A DNA stretch of 64,000 nucleotides, taken from positions 66,791-130,790 of the forward strand of contig JAJDAD010000002.1 of NCBI GenBank assembly GCA_029262055.1, written 5' to 3'. The notes under the pieces are model-generated. The model did not search any database. It was not told the origin of the DNA and saw only the letters and a list, made by a program, of their open reading frames with translations. How positions within the stretch are numbered: the stretch's first letter is position 1; every line of letters starts with the position of its first letter. The position numbers and the translations under genes are program-made. Shown in pieces: positions 41,563 through 53,244 of this stretch. Source of the stretch: Candidatus Zhuqueibacterota bacterium (GTDB lineage Bacteria > Zhuqueibacterota > Zhuqueibacteria > Oceanimicrobiales > Oceanimicrobiaceae).

Positions 41563-42951
41563 ATGTTGCGACAAATGAGATTATCCCTGGTGGTCGCTTG
41601 TGCAATTCTTGCGACGGCGGCGGTCTTGCAGGCGGCAGAAGACGGGCAGAGCGGCAAGACTTACTCTTTGCAGGAGTGCATCGATCTTGCTTTGAAAAAC
41701 AATTCTTCCCTCAAAACCGCGGTTTATGAAGTTGACCGCGCCGGAGCCAACGTCAAGGGTTCCTACTCCAATGTTCTGCCGACCATCACGTCGTCCTTCA
41801 ATTCCAGCCGCACCTTTCGCGGCGAAAGCGTGGACACCCGGGATGTTCAGGCTGTCGATCCAACAACCGGGCAGGTGGTAATCGATCGCCAGGATATTAC
41901 CTCTCCCAGCCGGCAGTTTAATTTCCACCAGGTACAGATTCGCTACAATCAACGCCTGTTCGATTTTGGCCGAAGCTGGAATCTTGTCAAGCAGGCAAAA
42001 ACCTCGTTCGAGGCCAGCTCGCAGAATCTGGTTTTTGCCCGGCACAACATGCACTCAAACGTCAAGCTGCGCTACTTTGAGCTATTAAAGGCACAAAAAC
42101 TGGAACAGGAGTTCAAGCTGGCGGTGGAGCGCAGCAAGGAACAATTGCAGCGCACACAGAGCATGTATGAGATTGGCTCCGTGGCGCAGATCGATGTCTA
42201 CCGCCAGGAAGTGACCCTTGGTTCCGATGAGGTCAATCTGATCACCCAAAGCAACGTGGTGGAGATCGCCAGGGGCAACCTCAACATCGAAGTGGGAAGG
42301 GATCCCGACAACGACATCGCGATCGCGGATTTGGAAATTGATATGTCTCCGCCCCGGCTCAGCCTGACGGAGGCGATCACCGTTGCATACGAAAACAGCC
42401 CGGAATTGAAACGCTTTGAGTTTGACATGAAGAGCGCCAACTACGGCCGTAAAGCAGCCCGGGGGCGTTACTTCCCGTCGTTCGCAGTTGGAATCACCTA
42501 TACCAAAAACAATGAGCTTGCCGACCGGGTCTATGGCTCCCTGGACCAGAACTTCTCGGTGGGCGTTGGCGCGCAAGTCGATTTCAATATTTTCAACGGC
42601 CTCTCCGATGCTGCGGAAGTCAGTCGCCAGACGGCCAATTACTCCATCGCCAACGAGAATTGGATCAATACCAAGCGCTGGAAAGAGCTCGAAGTGAAAC
42701 AAGCCTACCTGAACGTGAAGGCTTTCTCAAATATCGCGCAAATCAATGAACGCAATGTTCGTTCGGCGGAAGAGGACTTTCGCCTGGCACAGGAGCGCTA
42801 CCGGGTTGGCGCCGGCACGTCCCTGGAAGTGACCGATTCACAGGTCAATCTCACCCGTGCCCGCGTGCAACTGGTTGCATCCAAGTATGATGCCATGATC
42901 GCCAGGGCGCAACTTGAGGCAGCCATGGGAGTGATCGAAAACCCGGAATAA
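41563..42951 (+). CDS. TolC-family outer membrane efflux protein
   Basis: Signal peptide, then LQECIDLALKNNSSLKTA and two OEP repeats. Confidence 0.8.
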   Translation: MLRQMRLSLVVACAILATAAVLQAAEDGQSGKTYSLQECIDLALKNNSSLKTAVYEVDRAGANVKGSYSNVLPTITSSFNSSRTFRGESVDTRDVQAVDPTTGQVVIDRQDITSPSRQFNFHQVQIRYNQRLFDFGRSWNLVKQAKTSFEASSQNLVFARHNMHSNVKLRYFELLKAQKLEQEFKLAVERSKEQLQRTQSMYEIGSVAQIDVYRQEVTLGSDEVNLITQSNVVEIARGNLNIEVGRDPDNDIAIADLEIDMSPPRLSLTEAITVAYENSPELKRFEFDMKSANYGRKAARGRYFPSFAVGITYTKNNELADRVYGSLDQNFSVGVGAQVDFNIFNGLSDAAEVSRQTANYSIANENWINTKRWKELEVKQAYLNVKAFSNIAQINERNVRSAEEDFRLAQERYRVGAGTSLEVTDSQVNLTRARVQLVASKYDAMIARAQLEAAMGVIENPE

Positions 42952-43003
42952 GTCAACGAGAATCACCGCTTCTCCGGCCAAACCAGGGCCGGAAGTAGTT
43001 GCA

Positions 43004-43032
43004 AAGGCCGACCATCGTGTCGGCCTTTTTTG
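43004..43032 (+). terminator. Rho-independent terminator after tolC (aaggccgac-catcgt-gtcggcct + TTTTTT)
   Basis: GC stem followed by a T-run, about 50 nt after the stop codon. Confidence 0.7.
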
Positions 43033-43137
43033 TTGCATGTTTCACTTGATTATGTGGTGCGATTTGTCTATAATCAATGTTCGGCTTCAACCTGTTCGAC
43101 AGAGATAAATATCAATATATCAATGGATTGAGCAGAC

Positions 43138-44127
43138 TTGTCAGAAAGAGACTCTTTCGAATTGTTGACCTGGGCATGGCGTAAGGAGATCGATGCGCGC
43201 CTGTCAGGCGTTCAGGACTCGCGCAATCCCCGCACACTTTACCAGCCGATGGATTATGCGCTGGCGGGAAAGGGAAAGCGCATTCGACCGATGCTGCTCT
43301 TGCTGGCCTGTCAGGCAGTGGGCGGCAAAGTCGGCGCCGCGTGGGATGCTGCGGTCGCTATTGAGCTTTTGCATAACTTCACTTTGGTGCACGATGACAT
43401 CATGGATATGGACGACACGCGCCGCGGTCGTCCGACCCTGCACCGCAAGTGGAATGCCGATGTTGCGCTTCTGGCCGGCGACGGGCTGTTTGCGCTCGCT
43501 TATCAGGCTTTGCTGCGCACGCGGTCGCCGAGAATTGTAGAAATCGCCAACAGATTCACGGATGGTGTTCTCAGTATTTGCGAGGGGCAGGCACTGGACA
43601 TGGAATTTGAGTCGCGCGCCCAGGTGACTCCGGTCGAATATCTGGAGATGATTCAGAAAAAGACGGCGACGCTTTTGAAAGTTTCGGCTGAAATCGGCGG
43701 ACTGATTGGAGAAGGCTCGGATGACGAAGTCGAAGCTCTGGGTCTGTTTGCCGAGAATCTCGGTTATGCGTTCCAGGTCCAGGACGATTTGCTCGACCTG
43801 TTTGCCGACGAAGCGACTCTGGGCAAGACCCACGCCAGCGACATCAAGCAGGGCAAGCGCACCTTTCTGATCGTGCATGCCTTGTCCAGGGCGGACGACG
43901 AACAACGCGCGCGCCTTGAAAAACTGTTGGCCCGACGAGAAGCCAATGGCGAGAATGAGAATGGCTTCTGTCAACTTTTTGAGGAACTGGGTTCAATCGC
44001 AGCAGCCACGGCGGCCGTTGATGGTTTCTTGCTGGCAGCTAAGAACAATCTGGAGACCCTGTCCTGCGCGACGAAAAATGCCGGCCTGTTCAACCTGATC
44101 GAGCTGATCGCGAAGCGAAAAACCTGA
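43138..44127 (+). CDS. ispA: Polyprenyl diphosphate synthase (IspA/GGPP synthase family); TTG start
   Basis: First DDxxD motif LVHDDIMDMDDTRRGRPTLH and second FQVQDDLLD. The KGKRIRP region is present. Confidence 0.8.
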   Translation: MSERDSFELLTWAWRKEIDARLSGVQDSRNPRTLYQPMDYALAGKGKRIRPMLLLLACQAVGGKVGAAWDAAVAIELLHNFTLVHDDIMDMDDTRRGRPTLHRKWNADVALLAGDGLFALAYQALLRTRSPRIVEIANRFTDGVLSICEGQALDMEFESRAQVTPVEYLEMIQKKTATLLKVSAEIGGLIGEGSDDEVEALGLFAENLGYAFQVQDDLLDLFADEATLGKTHASDIKQGKRTFLIVHALSRADDEQRARLEKLLARREANGENENGFCQLFEELGSIAAATAAVDGFLLAAKNNLETLSCATKNAGLFNLIELIAKRKT

Positions 44128-44184
44128 TGATGCAGCAGCATTAATCAAACAACCCACGCTACGGGAGAAAGGTTCTACGACAGG

Positions 44185-44451
44185 ATGTTGCAGAGAGAGG
44201 TAACCGTTACAAACAAACTAGGCCTGCACGCCCGGCCCGCGGCACTGTTTGTCCAGGCAGCCGCCAAATACAAATCCGACGTCTTTCTGGAGAAAGGCGC
44301 GCACGAAGTAAATGGCAAAAGCATCATGGGGGTGATGATGCTGGCGGCGGAAATGGGCAGCACCCTGACTTTGACCGTCAAAGGGGAAGACGAGAAAGAT
44401 GCTCTGGCCGCCCTGTTGACACTGTTTGAAAACAAATTCAACGAAGACTGA
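44185..44451 (+). CDS. ptsH: Phosphocarrier protein HPr
   Basis: 88 aa. The active-site region KLGLHARPAA and GVMMLAAEMGSTLTL are present. Confidence 0.85.
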   Translation: MLQREVTVTNKLGLHARPAALFVQAAAKYKSDVFLEKGAHEVNGKSIMGVMMLAAEMGSTLTLTVKGEDEKDALAALLTLFENKFNED

Positions 44452-46228
44452 TCCTCTGGATACACGACCGGAAAAACTTTATTGCGCCTACCGCCTGAAA
44501 GGCGTTGCGGCCTCACGCGGAATTGCCATTTCAAAGGCCTTTGTGCTGCAAGGTGATTCTGTCAAAATAGATCCCGTGCTGGTCCCGTGCGACGACGTCG
44601 AAACCGAAGTGGCAAAATTCCGGCATGCGGTCGATAGGGCCAAGGGCGAGTTGCGGTCTTTACAGAGCAAAGTCGCGCACAGGATAGGGCAGGAGAGCGC
44701 CAAGATATTCGATGTGCACCAACTGCTGCTCGAAGACAATGCCATCATCGATGAAACCATCGGAGATATCCGCAAGGACAAGAAAAGCGCCGATTACGCC
44801 TTTTACGATATCATGCAAAAGTACCAGAACACGCTGGATGAAACGTCAGTCGAGTTCTTTCAGAGTCGCATCTCAGACATCAGAGATGTGAAGCGCCGCG
44901 TGATCAAGCACATTCAGGGGGACCGCACCGACTATCTGAACAAGCTGGAAGGTTCGGCAGTGATCATTGCCTCCGATTTAACCCCGTCCGATACGGTAAA
45001 GCTGGACCGGCACAAAGTCACCGGGTTTGCGACTGACCTCGGCGGACGTACGTCTCATGTGGCGATCATGGCCCGTTCCATGCAAGTACCGGCGGTGGTA
45101 GGCCTGCGGCGGATCTCCAAGCTAATCAAAGAGGGTGATCGCATCATCCTGGACGGCAATGAAGGCGTTATCCTGATAGAGCCCGATGAAGCAACGATCC
45201 GGTATTATCGCGAACTGCAGGAGCGCTACTATGATACGGAGCGCAAGTTATCCGCATTCAGAGATCTGCCGAGCATCACTCTCGACGGCAAACCCATAGA
45301 ACTTTCGGCAAATCTGGAGTTTTCTGACGAAGCGGCAGCTGCAAAAACCCACGGCGCCAAAGGTGTGGGACTGTTTCGCACCGAATACATGTATCTGGCA
45401 AACGACGAACTCCCGACCGAAGATGAGCAGGCCGCCGAGTACCAAAAAATTACAAAAGAGATTTCTCCGGATCCGGTCATTATCAGGACCCTCGATGTCG
45501 GCGGAGACAAGGAGCCGAAATCGTTCAGCATCGCGCCGGAAGAAAACCCTTTTCTGGGCTGGCGCGCAATCCGGATTTGCCTGGAACGACAGGATATTTT
45601 TGAAACCCAGCTTAAGGCCATCCTGAGGGCCAGCGCCAACAGCGATGTGAAAATCCTGCTGCCGATGATCTCCTGTCTCGATGAACTGCACGATTGTATG
45701 AAAATAATCGACAAGACAAAAGCGGCACTCTCTAAGGCCAAAGTCGCTTTTAACGAGCAGATCGAAGTTGGCGTCATGATAGAGGTCCCGGCGGCGGCGG
45801 TTCTTGCGGACAAGATAGCGGAGTATGCAGATTTTTTGAGCATCGGCACCAACGATCTGGTGCAATACCTGCTGGCAGTTGACCGCGGCAACGAAAGGAT
45901 CGCCTACCTGTACCGGCACTTGCATCCGGCCGTTTTGCGAACCATCAAAGGCATCATTTCCGCTGGACACAAGGCAGGTGTCTGGGTTGGCATGTGCGGG
46001 GAAATGGCCAGTGACCCATTGTCAACGTTGATCCTGATAGGGATGGATTTGGACGAATTCAGCGTTACGCCTATGTCGGTGCCTGAGATTAAGAAAATCA
46101 TCCGGTCTACCGATTATCGCGAAGCGGCTCGCATCGCCACAAAAGCGCAGGAGTTTGAGACGGCCTCAGAAGTAGAGCGGTTTATGGTCAAGATCATGCG
46201 GCAGAAATTCAAGGATATCATTTTCTAG
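44426..46228 (+). CDS. ptsI: Phosphoenolpyruvate-protein phosphotransferase (PTS Enzyme I)
   Basis: LKGVAASRGIAISKAFVL, GGRTSHVAIMARSMQVPAVVG and the PEP-utilising C-terminal domain are present. It overlaps ptsH by 26 nt. Confidence 0.85.
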   Translation: MKTNSTKTDPLDTRPEKLYCAYRLKGVAASRGIAISKAFVLQGDSVKIDPVLVPCDDVETEVAKFRHAVDRAKGELRSLQSKVAHRIGQESAKIFDVHQLLLEDNAIIDETIGDIRKDKKSADYAFYDIMQKYQNTLDETSVEFFQSRISDIRDVKRRVIKHIQGDRTDYLNKLEGSAVIIASDLTPSDTVKLDRHKVTGFATDLGGRTSHVAIMARSMQVPAVVGLRRISKLIKEGDRIILDGNEGVILIEPDEATIRYYRELQERYYDTERKLSAFRDLPSITLDGKPIELSANLEFSDEAAAAKTHGAKGVGLFRTEYMYLANDELPTEDEQAAEYQKITKEISPDPVIIRTLDVGGDKEPKSFSIAPEENPFLGWRAIRICLERQDIFETQLKAILRASANSDVKILLPMISCLDELHDCMKIIDKTKAALSKAKVAFNEQIEVGVMIEVPAAAVLADKIAEYADFLSIGTNDLVQYLLAVDRGNERIAYLYRHLHPAVLRTIKGIISAGHKAGVWVGMCGEMASDPLSTLILIGMDLDEFSVTPMSVPEIKKIIRSTDYREAARIATKAQEFETASEVERFMVKIMRQKFKDIIF

Positions 46229-46276
46229 CCTGCACAGGCGCCGGTTGCGTCCCGGTTTGCGGTGTTGGTGTTCTTC

Positions 46277-47197
46277 ATGGAAGAAAAAGTATACAGCTTT
46301 ATCATTGACCTTGCGGTCGAGATTCGTAGCGCCGTGGCTGCCCGGGGCAATAGTGCCGACATGAAGGCCGCTGATGACATTGCGTTTTCAGGGGATACAA
46401 CATTTGCAATTGACAAAGTAGCCGAGCAGAGTTTAATAGACGTAGCCCAAAATTCCGGCAAGAAACTCGCTTTCTTCTCTGAAGACAAAGGGCTTGTGAA
46501 ACTCGACCCGGATCCGGAGTTGTTGTTGATTGTTGACCCAATAGACGGGACGCGGCCCCTGCTCTGCGGCCTGAAAACATCGGTGGTCTCAATTGCTCTT
46601 TGCCCTTACTCGGAGGTCGCCACTTTCGGCAACATCATCGCAGCCGCGGTGGTCGACATTGACAGCGCTGACTGGTTTTACGCTGAATCCGGAAAAGGAC
46701 TCGACTCCAACAGGACGGACCTCGGACCCTCTGCGACCTCGGAGATCGAGGAGATGTTTTGGAATTTTGACACAATTGGTCGCCCGGTGCGCCGGGTGGT
46801 GCACTACCTGCACCGCCTGATCGACGCATCCGGCATGAAGGGCGCGCCGTTTCTCATCAATAGCGCCTGCTTTTCGTTGACGAAAGTCATCACCGGTGAG
46901 CTCGATGCTTATGTCGATGTCGGTGGTAGAATCCTCAATGATGAGCCGGAAAGTGAATCGGAGTTTTTGAAAATTGGTAATGGCAGCGTAATGGGTACCT
47001 TTCCTTATGATCTGGCGGCAGCTTACCTCCTGGTCAAGGAAGCGGGCTGCGCCATTACGGATGCCTATGGCCGTCCTCTCGACGATCGATTTCTGATCCG
47101 GAGGGGGAAAAAGGCGGTAATGTCGTGCATCGCCGCCAGCAACAACAAGTTACATCGCGAAATCCTAAACACTCTAAACGGAGAGAACAGCAACTGA
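46277..47197 (+). CDS. Inositol monophosphatase / FBPase-family protein
   Basis: Signature DPIDGT ([12 protein letters not shown]). An alternative GTG start lies at 46262. Confidence 0.7.
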   Translation: MEEKVYSFIIDLAVEIRSAVAARGNSADMKAADDIAFSGDTTFAIDKVAEQSLIDVAQNSGKKLAFFSEDKGLVKLDPDPELLLIVDPIDGTRPLLCGLKTSVVSIALCPYSEVATFGNIIAAAVVDIDSADWFYAESGKGLDSNRTDLGPSATSEIEEMFWNFDTIGRPVRRVVHYLHRLIDASGMKGAPFLINSACFSLTKVITGELDAYVDVGGRILNDEPESESEFLKIGNGSVMGTFPYDLAAAYLLVKEAGCAITDAYGRPLDDRFLIRRGKKAVMSCIAASNNKLHREILNTLNGENSN

Positions 47198-47211
47198 AAG
47201 GAGAAATCTGC

Positions 47212-48348
47212 ATGTCATCAACTCTTTTTACATCTGAGTCTGTGACCGAGGGCCACCCGGACAAAGTCGCCGACCAGATCTCGGATGGAATTCTGGACGC
47301 CATCTTTGAGGAAGATCCGAACGGCCGTGTGGCGTGTGAAACCTATGTGACCACTGGCCTCGTCCTGGTTGGCGGGGAAATCACGACCAAGACCTACGTG
47401 GAAATACCCCAGCTTGTGCGCGGCATCGTTAAGGAAATCGGCTACACAGACGCTAGCTTCGGGTTTGATTATCTTACTTGTGCCATTCTCAATACCATTC
47501 AGACACAATCACCGGATATCGCGCTGGGGGTTGACCGGGAAGGCGCCGGCGATCAGGGCATGATGTTCGGTTATGCGACCACGGAAACAAAAGAGCTGAT
47601 GCCTCTGCCCATCATGGTTGCACACAAACTGGCTATGCAACTGGCAAAAGTAAGGAAAGAAGGGACTCTGCCGTATGTCCGCCCGGACGGCAAATCGCAG
47701 GTCAGTGTCCGCTATGAGGACGGCAAACCAGTGAGAATCGACACCGTGGTCATATCGACGCAGCACGAACCCGATGTCGATCAGGAAACCATCAAGGCCG
47801 ACATCATAAAAAAGGTAATCAAGCCGATCCTGCCTGCTGATTATTTTGACGAAAACAGCACGGTTTTTCATATCAACCCAACCGGTAGGTTTGTGGTTGG
47901 TGGTCCGCACGGCGATACCGGCCTGACCGGCCGCAAGATCATAGTGGATACCTACGGCGGCTATGGCCGGCATGGCGGTGGCGCTTTTTCAGGAAAAGAT
48001 CCCACCAAGGTTGACCGCTCCGCCACCTATGCCGCGCGCTACGTGGCCAAGAATATCGTCGCCGCCGGTCTGGCCGAAAAATGTGAAATCCAGTTGGCCT
48101 ACGCTATCGGCGTTGCGGAGCCGGTATCGGTACGCGCCGAAACATTCGGCACCGGCCAAGTGCCCGAAGCCGAAATCGCCGAACTGGTGCGGAAGAACTT
48201 TGACCTGACGCCGCGCGGTATTATGGAGATGCTCGATCTGCGTCGTCCGATTTACAAAAAGACGGCGGCTTACGGCCATTTTGGACGGGAAGAGAATGAG
48301 TTTACCTGGGAAAAAACCGACAAGGCGGCTGCGCTATCCCGTGGCTAG
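47212..48348 (+). CDS. metK: S-adenosylmethionine synthetase
   Basis: [25 protein letters not shown]..., the [16 protein letters not shown] motif, and an RBS aaaggag. Start trimmed to the ATG at 47212. Confidence 0.92.
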   Translation: MSSTLFTSESVTEGHPDKVADQISDGILDAIFEEDPNGRVACETYVTTGLVLVGGEITTKTYVEIPQLVRGIVKEIGYTDASFGFDYLTCAILNTIQTQSPDIALGVDREGAGDQGMMFGYATTETKELMPLPIMVAHKLAMQLAKVRKEGTLPYVRPDGKSQVSVRYEDGKPVRIDTVVISTQHEPDVDQETIKADIIKKVIKPILPADYFDENSTVFHINPTGRFVVGGPHGDTGLTGRKIIVDTYGGYGRHGGGAFSGKDPTKVDRSATYAARYVAKNIVAAGLAEKCEIQLAYAIGVAEPVSVRAETFGTGQVPEAEIAELVRKNFDLTPRGIMEMLDLRRPIYKKTAAYGHFGREENEFTWEKTDKAAALSRG

Positions 48349-48511
48349 CGGGATGCCTGGCCTGAATGATTCATTGTCCATTGCAGCAGGAGCATGTCAA
48401 ACAACGGCAGTCAGGAGGAATCCATTTTGAAGCATTCTGCCTCGTTAGACAGGCCCGGATTCAACCAAAAAGGATCCTTCCAGGAATACAGAAGAAGAAA
48501 TTCATGAATAA

Positions 48512-48648
48512 TGCACGTTAGATGTCATTCTGAGCACGCAGGCCAAGATTCCGTGTATCGACCTGGGAACGAGGGTGTGCGAAGGATCTCCACAGACACA
48601 CCAAGATTCTTCGCGCTCAGAATGGCCTTGAATCGAAGTGAGAAATAG
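48512..48648. repeat. Palindromic interspersed repeat, family A, copy 3
   Basis: gtcattctgagcacgcaggccaagattccgtgt...gaacgagggtgtgcgaaggatc...gattcttcgcgctcagaatggccttgaatcgaagtgagaaatag. Confidence 0.75.
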
Positions 48649-48686
48649 AACTAATTTATGATAAAGAAAGATCATACAATCTTTGA

Positions 48687-49955
<1,269 letters not shown>

Positions 49956-49969
49956 GCCCTGCCTGCAAT

Positions 49970-50023
49970 CCACTTATAGCAAGGTCTTCTCAACTCTTTT
50001 CTCCCCACAGGAGAAATCTGCTT
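49970..50023 (+). terminator. Long stem-loop after ahcY (aaggtcttctcaa...ttgagaagacctt with a nested hairpin)
   Basis: 13-bp perfect inverted repeat 15 nt after the stop codon, followed by tttgttaat. Confidence 0.5.
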
Positions 50024-50256
50024 GAGAAGACCTTTGTTAATCCTTTCCAGCGACCGTACATTCCTATTTTGCCGACCTACCTACCTAACGACTAACCCCA
50101 CAGTAGCCCAAATAGCCACAATTCATCTGCAACCCCCGAATCCTTTTGCGCGCTTCGCGCCTCCGCACGCCCAGCTTTTGTTTTAGTACTCCCCACCATT
50201 GCCATGAATCACTTTTTTTTACTATATTCCTCGCTATCCTTTAGCAGAACGGATTC

Positions 50257-51090
50257 ATGAAACCAGCAGAACCACATCACCTACAGATACTGACGAAAAC
50301 GGAAAGATTCATTTTCCGTGTCATGCACCGGCTAAACTGGTCGCACGGAACGCGCGCCCTCCTGGGCAGGGTTGGTGCATCGTTTGGGAAAAGCTGGGTT
50401 GAGTTCGTCATCTCCGATACCGTGCAAGACCACGGCTTTGAAAACTTCAAGAAAATAGACCCCACGCGCGGACTGCTGCTAGTGGCAAATCATCGCAGCT
50501 TCTATGATCAATTCGCCATCGCAGCCCGCCTGTTCACGCTGTACGGCAATCATCACAACATCTACTTCCCGGTTCGATCCAACTTTTTTTATGATTCGAT
50601 GCCCGGCCTGTTCATGAATGTGACTGTGGCCACGGCCATGATGTATCCCCCCGTCCTGCGCGATGCAAAGAGGAAAAGTTGGAATCGCTATGCCACCGAC
50701 ATCATGGCTGAACTGCTGAAAAGGCCCCAGAACATGGTAGGATTTCATCCGGAGGGGACACGTAGCCGCGGACCCGATCCGTACGAATTTTTGTCCCCCA
50801 AGCCGGGCTGCGGCGAGCTTATTTTCCGCGCGAACCCCAATGTTGTTCCGGTCTTTCTGCAGGGCTTTCCGCGTAGCCTGTTTAAGCTGCGCAGGGGAGA
50901 TGCCAGGCACGGACAACGCCGGCCATTGGTGCACATGGTGATGGGGCCGCCGATTGATTTTTCAGGCAAGCTTGCCGGGGAAGGCGACCGGAAACTGTTT
51001 CTATCCCTATCTCAAACCGTCATGACAGCCATCGCAGCGTTGGCAGAGCAGGAGCAGGAAATCCGTGCGCAGCAGGTTGGACCGGAGTGA
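50257..51090 (+). CDS. Lysophospholipid (1-acyl-glycerol-3-phosphate) acyltransferase-family protein
   Basis: HX4D motif ANHRSFYDQF and a PEGTRS acyltransferase motif. Confidence 0.65.
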   Translation: MKPAEPHHLQILTKTERFIFRVMHRLNWSHGTRALLGRVGASFGKSWVEFVISDTVQDHGFENFKKIDPTRGLLLVANHRSFYDQFAIAARLFTLYGNHHNIYFPVRSNFFYDSMPGLFMNVTVATAMMYPPVLRDAKRKSWNRYATDIMAELLKRPQNMVGFHPEGTRSRGPDPYEFLSPKPGCGELIFRANPNVVPVFLQGFPRSLFKLRRGDARHGQRRPLVHMVMGPPIDFSGKLAGEGDRKLFLSLSQTVMTAIAALAEQEQEIRAQQVGPE

Positions 51091-51197
51091 CCCGCCGACT
51101 TGATTCCATTTGCTTTTGGCCTCGGGCCACGCTATATTTTGGTTTGGTTGTAAATCCGCTGCTGGATTTCAGCAGAGATTTTGAAGCGCCGGCATAG

Positions 51198-52307
51198 ATG
51201 GACCAGGTCATCAAAGAATCCCTCAGACTGCTCGAAGCCCGCGAACCGCACGTGGTTTGCACAGTGGTTCGCACCACCGGAATGACGCCGCAAAAGGCAG
51301 GCGCGCGGCAGCTTATTCGCCAGGATGGTAGCCGCGTGGGCACACTCGGCGGTGGATGCGTAGAAGGGGACGTCTGGTACTATGCGCGCCAGATCCTGCG
51401 CGAAAACAGCGGCCCAATGTTCCGGGAATATGAACTGACCGCTGACGTCGCCGAGCGCGACGGGCTGGTTTGTGGCGGCAAGATGTTCTTTTTTCTTGAG
51501 CCCAGGTACCCTAGTGACGAGAAGATTGCTTTGCAGAAAGCGCGGGCAACCGCTGCCGAGGCGGGCCCGCCCATCATCTCCGTCACGGTTGTTCGCAGTG
51601 ACCGGCCGGATGTGCGGGTGGGGGAGAGTACCAACACCATGCCTGACGGCCGGATTTTCGGCACCGTGCGCCGTCCGGATTTGCTCACCCCGGCAATTGC
51701 GTTAGGAAAACAGTTTTCCGAACTCAGCGCTGCGGCCTCCCTGAACATTGAGCCCGGCACCGAACTTCTGGTGGAAGCGATCGCGCCGGCCCCGACTCTC
51801 GTTATTTTGGGCGGGGGTCACGTAGGCAAAGCCGTTTATGAACTGGCCTTGAAACTTGCTTTCCGGATCGTTGTCATTGATGACCGGGAAGAGTTTGCCA
51901 ACCCGAAGCGGTTTCCGCAGGCAACCGCAGTCGTGGCAGACTTTTCGAACCCGTTCGAAAAGGTAGAATTGACGGCAAACAGCTTTGTTCTGGTCGCCAC
52001 GCGCGGCCACAAATATGACGACCAGGCGACCCTGGCCGCGGCCAATTTGAACGTGCGCTACATCGGATTGCTCGGTAGCCGGCGTAAGAATCTCTTGATT
52101 TTCAAACGATTGCTGGAGCATGGCATCGCACTCGACCGAATCAAGGAAATCCACGCCCCGGTCGGGTTGGACATCGGCGCCCTGACTCCCGCAGAGTTGG
52201 CGGTCAGCATCGTGGCTGAGCTTGTGCACATACTGCGCGGCGGCACTTGTCGTCCCATGAAGATGTCCGCCGATGATTTGGAACGGGAGTTGCAGGAAGA
52301 TACCTAA
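51198..52307 (+). CDS. XdhC/CoxI-family molybdoenzyme maturation protein
   Basis: N-terminal domain VCTVVRTTGMTPQKAGARQLIRQDGSRVGTLGGGCVEGDV and a C-terminal Rossmann-like domain ILGGGHVGKAV. Confidence 0.75.
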   Translation: MDQVIKESLRLLEAREPHVVCTVVRTTGMTPQKAGARQLIRQDGSRVGTLGGGCVEGDVWYYARQILRENSGPMFREYELTADVAERDGLVCGGKMFFFLEPRYPSDEKIALQKARATAAEAGPPIISVTVVRSDRPDVRVGESTNTMPDGRIFGTVRRPDLLTPAIALGKQFSELSAAASLNIEPGTELLVEAIAPAPTLVILGGGHVGKAVYELALKLAFRIVVIDDREEFANPKRFPQATAVVADFSNPFEKVELTANSFVLVATRGHKYDDQATLAAANLNVRYIGLLGSRRKNLLIFKRLLEHGIALDRIKEIHAPVGLDIGALTPAELAVSIVAELVHILRGGTCRPMKMSADDLERELQEDT

Positions 52308-52415
52308 CCGGACAATTTGGCGAACAGCCGGACATTTTTTGGCCAGTACGCGCGTTTTGTGGTACTATTAGAAAGAGCAAGCTCACACCGTATTCGCAAT
52401 GTTGAGGTTTTACGA

Positions 52416-52940
52416 ATGGTAAGAATACAGAAGCACTATTTGATTATCCTGACTCTGTTATGCTGCTTTGGTTGCGACCAGATCAGCAAGCGGGTCGCCA
52501 AGCAGTCACTGGAAAAATCCCCGCCTATTTCTTACCTTGGTGAGACCTTCCGGCTGCAGTACGCCGAAAATTCCGGCGCGTTTCTGAGCCTTGGCTCCAG
52601 TTTGTCCAAGACCGCAAGAACCTGGCTATTTACTATATTCAGTGGCGGCCTGCTGGCGGCGCTTTTCATCTATATTTTTTACAACCGCAGCTTGGATCGC
52701 AGCCATGTTTTTGCGCTTTCGCTTATTCTCGGAGGTGGGTTTAGCAATCTGTTTGACCGGATCGTCAATGACGGCAAAGTCATCGATTTTATGAACATGG
52801 GCGTTGGTCCAATTCGGACCGGGATTTTTAATTGGGCTGATGTCGTGATCATGGTTGGTATGGGGCTGATTATTCTGTACAATTTCGTTGGCGACAATCC
52901 GGATAACCCTGAGTCGATTCCTGCCTCCAAAACTGACTGA
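52416..52940 (+). CDS. lspA: Lipoprotein signal peptidase II
   Basis: DQISK, ENSGAFLS and FNWADVVIMVG motifs, with 4 TM helices. Start trimmed to the ATG at 52416. Confidence 0.8.
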   Translation: MVRIQKHYLIILTLLCCFGCDQISKRVAKQSLEKSPPISYLGETFRLQYAENSGAFLSLGSSLSKTARTWLFTIFSGGLLAALFIYIFYNRSLDRSHVFALSLILGGGFSNLFDRIVNDGKVIDFMNMGVGPIRTGIFNWADVVIMVGMGLIILYNFVGDNPDNPESIPASKTD

Positions 52941-53089
52941 AGCACCGGTGGCCTGCCAACCACTCCTACGGGTTGCGCATTTGCGGTTCCTGCTGAACAC
53001 ATAGTCCACAACCTCTGCACGCCGACACCCAGCGCACGTGTGCTAAGAATACTCATAGATAGGAACATTCTCTGGCTGTCCGGAGACTT

Positions 53090-53155
53090 CTAAACGCTGT
53101 GTGCATATGTAGAAACTTCTTTCTAATGTAGATATTCTGAAATGATTGAATTCGG
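53090..53155. repeat. Short repeat family C, copy 2
   Basis: catatgtagaaacttctttctaatgtagatattctgaaatgattgaattcgg matches 5833-5900. Confidence 0.6.
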
Positions 53156-53244
53156 TAAGTGCTCAGATAGTCAGAAGGGTGCGAAAATGAATACGTCTAT
53201 GGATACAGATCTTTCTATATTTCTACGAGTTCCTGAACCTTGCT

